Shown here: piece by piece, positions 29,283 through 38,564 of the stretch
Numbering within the stretch: position 1 is the first letter of the stretch
Layout: each line of letters starts with the position of its first letter
From: Candidatus Cloacimonadales bacterium
GTDB lineage: Bacteria > Cloacimonadota > Cloacimonadia > Cloacimonadales > JAIOQZ01
Direction: 5' to 3'
Assembly (NCBI GenBank): GCA_963674825.1
Contig: OY771587.1
Location: forward strand, 1,056,001-1,120,000
DNA: 64,000 nt
The notes under the pieces: generated by a model
The model's database searches: none
Told to the model about the DNA's origin: nothing
The model's input: only the letters and a program-made list of their open reading frames with translations
Program-made: the position numbers and the translations under genes

Positions 29283-30268
29283 GGCAACACAAAGCTATCG
29301 CGCTCTTTTCCGGTGGACTGGACAGCGTCCTCGCGGTCAAATACATGCAGAAACTCGGCTACGAGGTTATTCCCGTATTCTTCCAGACGCCGTTCTTTGG
29401 ACCCAAGCGCGCACTCTGGGCTGCGAAAGCAGCCAATATCGAGATCAAGGTTGTCGATATCACACCGGATTACCTCGAGATGCTCAAGAACCCACGTTAC
29501 GGCTACGGTAAAGCGCTCAATCCGTGCATCGACTGCCACGGCTTCATGTTCTATAAAGCCGCGGAACTTCTGAAAGAGTGGAACGCTGATTTTCTTATCT
29601 CTGGTGAGGTGGTCGGGCAGCGACCCATGTCGCAACGTCCGGATGCAATGAACGCAGTTCGCAAGATTAGCGGGGCATCCGACCTTATTATTCGTCCGTT
29701 ATGCCAGAAACGGCTGCCAGACACCTTGCCCATCACGGAAGGCTGGGTGAAAAAAGATGAAATGCTTGATCTCTACGGTCGTGGAAGAAAGCGTCAAATG
29801 GAGCTTGCGGAAGAATTCGGTATCGAGGATTTCCATAATCCCGGCGGAGGCTGCATGCTCACAGAGAAAGGCTTCGGTTTCCGCGCGCGCGATCTGCTCG
29901 ATCATGACATGCTCACCGAACGTAATTCACAGTTCCTGCTCTACGGACGCCACTTCCGACTTAATGACAGGATGAAGCTGGTTGTGGGAAAAACCTCCGG
30001 CGACAATCAGTCCATTTCGGATCTGGTCACCGACGAAATGGTGCTCAAGGCAGAAACATCCCCCGGTCCGATAGCCGTAATTCAACACACGGAGACCCCC
30101 AATGATGAAGAAATCAGTCTTGCAGCCTCGATCGTCCTGCATTTCACACCCAAGTCACCTGACGAAGGAAAGGTCTTCTACGGTCTCAATTACCAACTCG
30201 AATCATCTGTGATTGTTAAGAAACCATCGCGCGAAGAGGTTAGCGAATACTGGCTCAAAATGGAGTAA
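29279..30268 (+). CDS. PP-loop tRNA thiolation protein (ThiI/MnmA-like)
   Basis: SGGLDS PP-loop, [33 protein letters not shown] 29279 overlaps the glyQ stop. Confidence 0.8.
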   Translation: MRQHKAIALFSGGLDSVLAVKYMQKLGYEVIPVFFQTPFFGPKRALWAAKAANIEIKVVDITPDYLEMLKNPRYGYGKALNPCIDCHGFMFYKAAELLKEWNADFLISGEVVGQRPMSQRPDAMNAVRKISGASDLIIRPLCQKRLPDTLPITEGWVKKDEMLDLYGRGRKRQMELAEEFGIEDFHNPGGGCMLTEKGFGFRARDLLDHDMLTERNSQFLLYGRHFRLNDRMKLVVGKTSGDNQSISDLVTDEMVLKAETSPGPIAVIQHTETPNDEEISLAASIVLHFTPKSPDEGKVFYGLNYQLESSVIVKKPSREEVSEYWLKME

Positions 30269-30270
30269 TC

Positions 30271-30903
30271 ATGCAATATAAGAAGTTCGTACTGCTCATC
30301 GGTTTCGAAACCAATACCTATCTCCTGTGGGACGAAACCTCCATGGAAGGCATGCTTGTAGATCCTGCCGCACCCGGCGAAGAGGTCGTAAACTTCATCA
30401 AGTCAAAAGGCATCGCACTCAAGACCATCGTGATTACACACGGCCACGCTGATCACATCGGCGGTATCGAGTATTTCCTGTCGCATTTCAACGCGCAGCT
30501 CTGCATCCACAAAGACGATGCACCCATGCTCACCGATCCAAACAAGAACCTCAGCGTGATGATGGGCCAGAACCTCGCCGCACCAACTGCCACAAAAATC
30601 CTGCATGACGGTGATATCCTCACCCTCGGCAGCCATAAGATCCGCGTGATTCACACCCCGGGGCATACACTCGGCGGAATCTGCCTCTATCACGACAAGC
30701 TGCTCATCAGCGGCGACACTCTGTTCGATCACAGCGTAGGACGGACCGATCTCCCTGGCGGTAGCATGCAAACACTCATGAATTCGATCAAACAGAAGCT
30801 CTTCACTCTTCCGGAGGACACCATCGTCCTGCCGGGACACGGTCCATCCACAACCATCGAGGCCGAAAAGGTGGAAAATCCCTTCTGCGGCATGTTCTCC
30901 TGA
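30271..30903 (+). CDS. MBL-fold metallo-hydrolase (glyoxalase II-like)
   Basis: THGHADHIG, HTPGHT, GDTLF, GRTDLPGG, PGHG. Confidence 0.93.
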   Translation: MQYKKFVLLIGFETNTYLLWDETSMEGMLVDPAAPGEEVVNFIKSKGIALKTIVITHGHADHIGGIEYFLSHFNAQLCIHKDDAPMLTDPNKNLSVMMGQNLAAPTATKILHDGDILTLGSHKIRVIHTPGHTLGGICLYHDKLLISGDTLFDHSVGRTDLPGGSMQTLMNSIKQKLFTLPEDTIVLPGHGPSTTIEAEKVENPFCGMFS

Positions 30904-31026
30904 TTCTCTTTTATACGCGGACTCAATGTCCGCATTTCGCTCGTTAACCATCTCCAGCATATAATTTCATTGACATTCCGTGAATCTTGTTCATGCTATG
31001 ACAAACTGGGACGTGGAGGATTCAAC

Positions 31027-32082
31027 ATGAGAAATTCGTTCCTCATTATCATCATACTACTTGCATTTAGCCTGCTTGGAGCAATACCTGAGGGATTTCA
31101 CACTTTCGACGAAGTTATCAACATAACTCGAGAAGGCATTTCTTCCGGAAAAAGCGATGATTTCCTGAGATTGTTCTCTGGACAGCAGCAGTTTGAGGTT
31201 ATGGTCGACACTGCTCTAGAACACCTGAGCCAACTCGATGTTGTGAAGAACCTCTCCGAGGAAGAACAAGCCCAAAAACTCGAGGCGGCGCGTATCGAGA
31301 TGATGTCCGGTTCCGCTGAGCACGACAAACTTCTTGCGGAGCAGGATTTCCCCCTCAAGCTCAACGTGAAGAATCTGCACCAGGATTACTTTGGTGTTAT
31401 GTTTCAGAATATTACCCACTATTACACCGATTACGGGCATCGCATCGAGCAGTTCGGCATCCACGTTCTGGAAAACCCGCGCCTGGTGTACACCGACGGA
31501 AGCTACATCATTGAATGCACATACCCCTCTCTACTCGAGATTGATGGGGGTTATGTTGTTGAAATGGCTCCGACATTCAAGGTGTATCGTAACGGATTCT
31601 CCCTCGATGAGATTGCATCAATTCTGGCCGAAGGCTTCACCTGGAGCGAAGAAAAGAATATAGACACACTTTATGTGACAGAAATCGAAATGCAAAAGCA
31701 GGTCGATTATTTCATCGATAATTTCAAGAGCACCGACCAGTTCAAAGGCCTTGAAGCCGATTCTCAACAGATGGTGCTGGAAGAATTGGAGAAGAGTCGA
31801 GGGGATCTCGACTCAGAGATATATACTAACAACGAAAAGACGGTTGACGATTTCTTCGCTCTTGCAACAGACTATGTATATTTTGACTATAAGGAATTCA
31901 GCGTAGATAGCGTAGTGGAGGGAAACGTTTCAACTGAATTCGGTGTCACATCAATGCAGGGACTCAATATCAAGATCAGCAATGAGGATTACTCAGTCAC
32001 TATGACGTTCGGTGAACTTATGAAATTCCCGGGCGGATGGAAACTCATCGGTGCGATAGATTTCGACATCCAGGAAAAATAA
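31027..32082 (+). CDS. Secreted hypothetical protein, paralog A
   Basis: GGAGG RBS, signal peptide; similar along its full length to 32155..33207. Confidence 0.8.
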   Translation: MRNSFLIIIILLAFSLLGAIPEGFHTFDEVINITREGISSGKSDDFLRLFSGQQQFEVMVDTALEHLSQLDVVKNLSEEEQAQKLEAARIEMMSGSAEHDKLLAEQDFPLKLNVKNLHQDYFGVMFQNITHYYTDYGHRIEQFGIHVLENPRLVYTDGSYIIECTYPSLLEIDGGYVVEMAPTFKVYRNGFSLDEIASILAEGFTWSEEKNIDTLYVTEIEMQKQVDYFIDNFKSTDQFKGLEADSQQMVLEELEKSRGDLDSEIYTNNEKTVDDFFALATDYVYFDYKEFSVDSVVEGNVSTEFGVTSMQGLNIKISNEDYSVTMTFGELMKFPGGWKLIGAIDFDIQEK

Positions 32083-32154
32083 GCACTTACCAGAATATTG
32101 TTACCGCAATCCTGTAGCATTGCTATGGAAATTCGGAAATCGGAGGTTTTCCCA

Positions 32155-33207
32155 ATGAAAAATTTGTTACTCGTTATCATTCTTTTGGTTGCATTCAGTC
32201 TTCATTGCGCGGTACCCGAAGGTTTTCACTCTTTTGATGAACTGATCGAAATGACACGACAGGGGCTTGCTGGAAATGCAGGAGCGTTCGGGAAGCTATT
32301 AGCTGGCGACAATCACTTTGATACGATGGTGAATACCATGATTAGTAACATTGCGAACGATCCGCAGTTAAAAGATGTGGAAGCCGACCAGAAGGCCGAA
32401 ACCCTCGCGGGAATCCGGGCCGAATTGATGAATAGCAAGCAGGAGCACTACGACAATATCAACACCGCGATTCTCGATTTGGGTATCAATCTCACCATTC
32501 TGGACATGCAAAACTACCCGCTCAAGCAGACCGCCCTGAAGCACTACTACTCTGAAATGGGCATATCCCAGGGCGCGTATGGCGTAAATAGCGTAAATGA
32601 TGTCATTCTGGCCTACACCGATGGATCGAGCATTATCGAATGTTTCTACCCCTCCCTCATGCGTATCGAAGATGGTTACGTCGTCGAGATGGCGCCGATT
32701 TTCAAGGTGTACCGACTGGGTTACACTGTCGATGAGATTGCGGAATTGGTAACAAAGGGCTTCAGCGAGGGAAGTGCCGGATCAATCGATACATTGTACG
32801 CGACCAGCATCCAGCTTAACAGCATATTGGATAACTTTATGGATAACTTCCGGGCTACGGAGGAATTCAAAGCGCTACCGGATGATCAGAAAGCTGAAAT
32901 TTACGAGAAAATGAAAGGAAATCGCAGCAACTTCCAGGCAGAGCTCTCGGACAATAAAGCCTCCAGCCATAACCGGTTCGCAAACAACGCTTTGCAGCAT
33001 AACTTCTATAGTTCCAAGGAATTCCACTTAGACAAGGTCACACCGGGAAATGAATCCACCGAACTCGGTGTAAAATCAATAAATGAACTCAAGATCAATA
33101 TCAGTAATGAAGATTATACCATCGCATTGACTTTCGGTGAAATGATGCAGTTTGGTGATAAATGGAAGGTTGTGGGCCCGATCGGATTCGATATACAGGA
33201 AAGATAG
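32155..33207 (+). CDS. Secreted hypothetical protein, paralog B
   Basis: GGAGG RBS, signal peptide; shares PEGFH.FDE, YTDGS.IIEC.YPSL, GYVVEMAP.FKVYR and ISNEDY...TFGE.M with paralog A. Confidence 0.8.
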   Translation: MKNLLLVIILLVAFSLHCAVPEGFHSFDELIEMTRQGLAGNAGAFGKLLAGDNHFDTMVNTMISNIANDPQLKDVEADQKAETLAGIRAELMNSKQEHYDNINTAILDLGINLTILDMQNYPLKQTALKHYYSEMGISQGAYGVNSVNDVILAYTDGSSIIECFYPSLMRIEDGYVVEMAPIFKVYRLGYTVDEIAELVTKGFSEGSAGSIDTLYATSIQLNSILDNFMDNFRATEEFKALPDDQKAEIYEKMKGNRSNFQAELSDNKASSHNRFANNALQHNFYSSKEFHLDKVTPGNESTELGVKSINELKINISNEDYTIALTFGEMMQFGDKWKVVGPIGFDIQER

Positions 33208-33281
33208 AGCTAGCCTTCCCTCCGCATTGAACATCGATGGTTGAACGAACATACTATTAATCGGTTAACCCTGGAGGTGAT

Positions 33282-36197
33282 ATGCATTTCAGGATTTTGA
33301 TCGCGATTTTCTTGCTATGCTTTTCCTCACTCTTTGCTCAGATGACCGGAACCTATACGATCGGGACATCCGGTGACTACACAACCATCTTCGCCGCGAT
33401 TCAAGCGCTCAACACGCAAGGCGTTGGACCCGGAGGCGTAACATTCGAACTCGCGGCAGGCGTTACCTATGATGAAGGCAACTTCTACGAGCCGATAACT
33501 GCCACAGGATCCGAAACCAGCCCGATCGTGTTCCGCAATGCCGCCACGCCGGGTGTCAATAATCCGATTCTTACCAGAACAGGGCCCGGCACGAACACCT
33601 ATGGCATACGCATCGACGGCGGATCGTACATCACCTTCGACGGCCTGGACATCCTTTGCACAGCGACCAGTGACATGCCACGCATGGAATACGGTTACTG
33701 GATCGACAATGGCGCACACCACATTACAGTGAAGAACTCCTCCGTTGAACTTTATCCGGGAAACACCGAAGACACCGAAGGAATCAAAGTTGGAACCTAC
33801 ACCACCACCGATTCCGGCTACATGCATGACCTCAACTTCATCAACAACACCATCCGCGGATGCTACCACGGCTACTGGATAGCCGGAAACCTCTCCCACA
33901 TGATCGATAACCTTTTCATCGGCACAGAGGATGGTGGAGAACACGCTATCTACTTTGACGAGTATCCGAATCAATTGTACCCCGTTGGTATCCGTCTACT
34001 TTGCGTTATCGAATCGGTTATCACGGATATCGAGATTACTACGGAAGACCCGACGACCTACTACAGTGACCAGAAAATTCAGGGATTCAGCTGTGATTCA
34101 CACTGCCACGACCTCGAGCTATCCTACATGGAAATCCACGATATCAACTGTGTATCGTCCATCGAGGGAATCGAACTATACGGCTATGATATCGATGCAT
34201 TCTGCAATCGCGTTTACAATATGCAATCCTCGAATGAAAGCACACAACCACAAGTTATCGGGATCACCAACTACGCCATCAACGAAATATACAACAACAT
34301 GATCTGGAGCCTCGCAGCGCCACGATCGAGAAACAACATCGATGGCGCGGTAATTGGTATCTATGTGAGCTGGGGAGTCGGACACCTCTACTACAACACC
34401 ATCTATCTCGACTACGAAATTTTTTCGATGGGAGCGCAAGCAAGCTTCTGCTGTAGGTTGAAAGGAAATGGCGACCTGCGTAACAATATCTTTATCAACA
34501 ACACCAGCATCGATGTGCTCTCCTACCCGGATTACAGCGCGATCGCCGTTCTCGGTTCAACCTCATCGGATCCATCAACCCGGCTTCAAGTCACAACGAA
34601 CAACAACCTTTACTACGCCGGGCCACCTGATGATGTTCACAATATCTTCTACTATAACGCAACCACCGAATATCAGACGCTGTCCGAATACCAAACGGTT
34701 GTGAGCCCAATGGACAGTAATACCCTCACTGAGCTACCGCCGTTTGTCAGCACATCTGACCCGTACAACCTTCACATCTCGCCGGCAGCGGTTACTGGCG
34801 TGGAAAGCGGTGCTTTCCCGGTTGTGGGTGTAACCACAGACATCGACGGGGATACTCGCGACTTCTCTCATCCCGACATCGGGGCAGATGAAGGCGACTT
34901 CCTCGCTTCAGGCGGAAGCGGAGGTGGAGGAGCCGGAACCGGTGGCTATTATTACAGCAGCACCATCGGCGGCCTGGTTCCCTTCGACTGGCAACTTCCT
35001 GTCGCGCCATCTGAAGTCCTCGGTCTCACCGATGATTCGTGGTCCGGCTGGCTGGCTTTGCCCTTTACATTCCGATTCTACGGAATCGACTACACCGAAT
35101 TCGGCATCAACTCCAATGGTATGATCACACTCTTTCAAGAATCCACTTCTCCGATCAATCTGCCGATACCGTATGCAGTCGGGGCAAGCGGTTTCATCGC
35201 GTGGTTCTGGGACGATCTCGACCCGAGTAATTCCGCTCCGGGAGAGACCAGCATCCAGTACGGTCTGAACGACGAAGGAAATTTCGTCATCACCTTCACG
35301 CGTTACCCGGTGAAAGACGCCGACGCAAACGGATGGATCACCGCACAGGTGGTTCTCTACAACGACGATAGCGAGGACAACGACCGCATACTCTTCCAGT
35401 ATGAAGACCACGGCAGCAGCATGCCGCTCGATTCATGCACCATCGGCATCGAGAGCCACAGCGGACTCGAAGGCATCCAGTACCACTACAACACCACCGG
35501 GGGAGATATATTCAGTGGAAGCCGAGCACCGCTCGCGATACTATTCGGCGATGATGAATCCACCCTGCCGGTTACTCTCTCATCTTTCGCTGCAACCATG
35601 ACATCAGAAAGCTATGTGCAGCTTGAGTGGGTCACCCAGAGCGAAACCGATATGCTGGGATATCATGTCCAGCGTTGCGAAGAAGAAGAGCTCGATCATG
35701 CAATCCGGCTAACCATCAGCCCAGTAGAAGCCACCAACCAGAGCCAGGAACACGCTTATCGCTATGTCGACGAAGAAATCGCGATGGGCCATACCTACTA
35801 CTACTGGCTGGAAAGCGTCGAGATGAACGGCAGTGTGACGTTCTTTGGGCCGGTTTCAATCCAGATTACCGAAGAAGATCCCGAAGAACCGCCGGCTGTC
35901 ATCGAAGCGACATCGCTCATGGGCAACTACCCCAATCCGTTCAACCCGGAAACGACCATCAAGTACAACCTCGCGGGTACATCCGGAATCCCGGAACGGG
36001 TCACACTCGTGATCTACAACACTCGCGGACAGGAAGTGCGTACTCTCATTGACGGCCTTGAAGAACCCGGCGAGATGAAGCATGCAATATGGAACGGGCG
36101 CGATAACACTGGGAAAGCGGTATCAAACGGCGTTTACCTCTACCGCTTGCAGACAGATGATCACTCGGAAGTCCGCAAGATGTTGATGATGAAATAG
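33282..36197 (+). CDS. Secreted protein: right-handed beta-helix, nidogen-like domain, LPVTL Ig domain, FlgD/T9SS-type CTD
   Basis: Signal peptide, GTYTIG..GDY start, TDIDGDTR...PDIGADE, Gly linker, LPFTFRFYG...IAWFWDDL, LPVTLSSF, NYPNPFNP...RKMLMMK. Confidence 0.85.
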   Translation: MHFRILIAIFLLCFSSLFAQMTGTYTIGTSGDYTTIFAAIQALNTQGVGPGGVTFELAAGVTYDEGNFYEPITATGSETSPIVFRNAATPGVNNPILTRTGPGTNTYGIRIDGGSYITFDGLDILCTATSDMPRMEYGYWIDNGAHHITVKNSSVELYPGNTEDTEGIKVGTYTTTDSGYMHDLNFINNTIRGCYHGYWIAGNLSHMIDNLFIGTEDGGEHAIYFDEYPNQLYPVGIRLLCVIESVITDIEITTEDPTTYYSDQKIQGFSCDSHCHDLELSYMEIHDINCVSSIEGIELYGYDIDAFCNRVYNMQSSNESTQPQVIGITNYAINEIYNNMIWSLAAPRSRNNIDGAVIGIYVSWGVGHLYYNTIYLDYEIFSMGAQASFCCRLKGNGDLRNNIFINNTSIDVLSYPDYSAIAVLGSTSSDPSTRLQVTTNNNLYYAGPPDDVHNIFYYNATTEYQTLSEYQTVVSPMDSNTLTELPPFVSTSDPYNLHISPAAVTGVESGAFPVVGVTTDIDGDTRDFSHPDIGADEGDFLASGGSGGGGAGTGGYYYSSTIGGLVPFDWQLPVAPSEVLGLTDDSWSGWLALPFTFRFYGIDYTEFGINSNGMITLFQESTSPINLPIPYAVGASGFIAWFWDDLDPSNSAPGETSIQYGLNDEGNFVITFTRYPVKDADANGWITAQVVLYNDDSEDNDRILFQYEDHGSSMPLDSCTIGIESHSGLEGIQYHYNTTGGDIFSGSRAPLAILFGDDESTLPVTLSSFAATMTSESYVQLEWVTQSETDMLGYHVQRCEEEELDHAIRLTISPVEATNQSQEHAYRYVDEEIAMGHTYYYWLESVEMNGSVTFFGPVSIQITEEDPEEPPAVIEATSLMGNYPNPFNPETTIKYNLAGTSGIPERVTLVIYNTRGQEVRTLIDGLEEPGEMKHAIWNGRDNTGKAVSNGVYLYRLQTDDHSEVRKMLMMK

Positions 36198-36272
36198 GAT
36201 CGCAGGCATCATTGCTGGCATTGAACAGTAAGATTTTTTACGAATCGACGTGCGTCCAGATTCGGAATAAGA

Positions 36273-36300
36273 AACGGGCAACCCACTGAGGTTGCCCGTT
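36273..36300. terminator. Hairpin between convergent genes, likely a bidirectional terminator
   Basis: AACGGGCAACC-cactga-GGTTGCCCGTT. Confidence 0.75.
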
Positions 36301-36319
36301 AATATATGAAGATGATTGA

Positions 36320-38425
36320 TTAGCGTGAGAGGAATTCGGTCAGTGTTGTCTGGCCAGGAACCAGATCAGGTTCCGAACGCCATGAGCTGCTTCCACTTCG
36401 GTAAGCTACAACCCGGTAGTACATGCTGTTGGCAAACCGCAAGACACCATAATGGTTGTATTGCGTCGCAGACGTGTAGCCGTGATAGAAGAAGAGGTCG
36501 TTATCATCCGGGTACTCACTGTAGAATACAAGATAATAATCTGCACGAGCCGGTTCACCTTCGATCGTCGTTGTTACAGGACTCCACGAAAGCTTGGCAT
36601 CGGAATTATGCAGTGTGAGTTGCAGGTTTTGCGGAGCAGCCAATGGCTGGGCCGGTTCGACCGAGAAGGGATTGAAGATGATCTGAAGATCATTATCCTG
36701 CCATGCTTCCGAAGTGTAAGCGATGGTTTCGAACGAACTGTTTTGCAGCGAGATATGCTCAAGATCCTGCCCATCTTCTATAATGAACGATAGATCATCA
36801 CGATCGGGTAAATCGGAATCGATAATGACCAAAAGAGTATCCCCATAAAGGAACGTGTGAAAGTTCAGGTCTACTCTCTGGCGCCAGAAATCGCCATAAT
36901 CTTCCATAGCCATAAAGACAATATCGTCGCCCAGATTTTCAATGAGTATCTCCTCTTGTTCGAGCTTCCATACGCGATTAGGGTGAATCAGCAGATTAGT
37001 TGGAGCGTAATTATTCGCATTCTTCTGGGCAATATCTACCCAGACTGAATACATTTCCTGCTGCGTCTCTTCCGCCCAGCCCACATCGGAGATCGTCATG
37101 GGGATTTCGAGGATGTTGGATAAGGGACTGTTATACGAAAGGTCGTACGTCATATAATACGGGAAATTCGTCAGAACATCATTCGCACTCATCGAAGAGT
37201 CGAACAAGTAGCCAAGAGAATCCAGCACATTGCACTGCGCCGGATTAAAAGCCAGATGTCCGCTGCGGAACCCAAGAACGTTAGCACCGAGATCCTGCAC
37301 AAGTAGATCCCGCGACACCTCGAGCTCACCATAAACCGAGCCGCCCGTTGTGTAGTCGCCGTTGTAATTGGGGCGATAACTAACCGTATCGTTTCCCGCG
37401 GTCCCTACCGGGAAAGTTACTTCGCTATAGAAATCGGGAGCGTGCGTCACCGAATGTGAACCAATATTATGCTGTAATGCAGATATCTGCTCGAGCTCGA
37501 CCAGATTTTCCGGTGTCCAAAGATTACCCATATAGTAATCAGAAAAATACCGGGTCGTTATATTGTAGGTCGTATACGCTCCATGATCCCTTTCCATCTG
37601 GGCAAACTCTCTGCATAAGTCGTAGGCGGTCTGGCTATCGACATCATGAGTAACCAGCATTGCGGAGCTATAATCTCCAGGAATTGTGTACTTCCATACA
37701 GAATAAGGGGAATGCTCCTGAAAGATACCTCTCATCAGGAAGAAGAATGTGTCGCTTGTCGGCTCGAAACCGTTGGAATAAGTGCGATTTGCATTATAGT
37801 CTTTATCAAGCTGATTTCTGATGATGACATCTTTGAAGCTGACTCCAAGCGTGTAGGTGTATCCGGAGCCCGTCTGGTTTATAACCCCTGCGATTGTGCC
37901 ATCGGTGTAAATAGCCATCGCAGTTCCGGTCGAGAGCGTGTAGCCTGTCGTGTTGATGACCTCTTCCACCGCTTCGCTGCCGAGGCTGATTACCTGTTCA
38001 AGTGGATCATCGAACATCTCGTAACCTGGCGTATCGGAAAGCCAGTTCAATCCACGACGATTCGTTGCAGTATCGAAACCGGAGATTCCGAAGAGGCCGT
38101 ACAAGTCCGGATCCTGCATGCGTGGAGCGATCAGGATTCCACCATTTTGTACATAGCTATCGAATTGACTCTTCTCTGAATTTGTAAAACTCGAGGATAT
38201 CAACCGGGAGGAAATGAGAATATACTGATAATCGAAAGCATCTTCCAAATCGGTGACAACCGTATAAGGTACTCCTGCCGCATCAAGCATACTCCGAACA
38301 GATATCATCTTGGAGTTCTCGTCACGAAGCCAGTCCTCCAAATTGTAAACCGCCATTTCGCGCTTCAACCCAAAGAGGGTGACAACCATCACGAGAAGCA
38401 GCAGTAAACCAATAACCTTGCGCAT
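36320..38425 (-). CDS. Secreted polysaccharide deacetylase-like (CE4/NodB fold) protein with N-terminal GATase-like domain and C-terminal FN3-like domain
   Basis: Signal peptide; THDVD, IGSHSVTH, GFRSGHL, YLFDSS, LEIPMT, LLIHP. Start set at ATG 38425 after AAGGA. Confidence 0.8.
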   Translation of the reverse strand: MRKVIGLLLLLVMVVTLFGLKREMAVYNLEDWLRDENSKMISVRSMLDAAGVPYTVVTDLEDAFDYQYILISSRLISSSFTNSEKSQFDSYVQNGGILIAPRMQDPDLYGLFGISGFDTATNRRGLNWLSDTPGYEMFDDPLEQVISLGSEAVEEVINTTGYTLSTGTAMAIYTDGTIAGVINQTGSGYTYTLGVSFKDVIIRNQLDKDYNANRTYSNGFEPTSDTFFFLMRGIFQEHSPYSVWKYTIPGDYSSAMLVTHDVDSQTAYDLCREFAQMERDHGAYTTYNITTRYFSDYYMGNLWTPENLVELEQISALQHNIGSHSVTHAPDFYSEVTFPVGTAGNDTVSYRPNYNGDYTTGGSVYGELEVSRDLLVQDLGANVLGFRSGHLAFNPAQCNVLDSLGYLFDSSMSANDVLTNFPYYMTYDLSYNSPLSNILEIPMTISDVGWAEETQQEMYSVWVDIAQKNANNYAPTNLLIHPNRVWKLEQEEILIENLGDDIVFMAMEDYGDFWRQRVDLNFHTFLYGDTLLVIIDSDLPDRDDLSFIIEDGQDLEHISLQNSSFETIAYTSEAWQDNDLQIIFNPFSVEPAQPLAAPQNLQLTLHNSDAKLSWSPVTTTIEGEPARADYYLVFYSEYPDDNDLFFYHGYTSATQYNHYGVLRFANSMYYRVVAYRSGSSSWRSEPDLVPGQTTLTEFLSR

Positions 38426-38507
38426 AATCATTCCTTTTTTATTAATCCCGGCAATAACCACTTATAAAATACGCCTTTTAAGCTGCAAGCAAAACCTCAA
38501 CGTCAAG

Positions 38508-38546
38508 AAAAAAAAAAGAAGGCGGGAACGATTCATTCCCGCCTTC
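38508..38546 (-). terminator. Rho-independent terminator after the scaffold-like gene
   Basis: GAAGGCGGGAA-7nt-TTCCCGCCTTC followed by T10 on the minus strand. Confidence 0.88.
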
Positions 38547-38564
38547 GATTCTTGATAACAGTTG

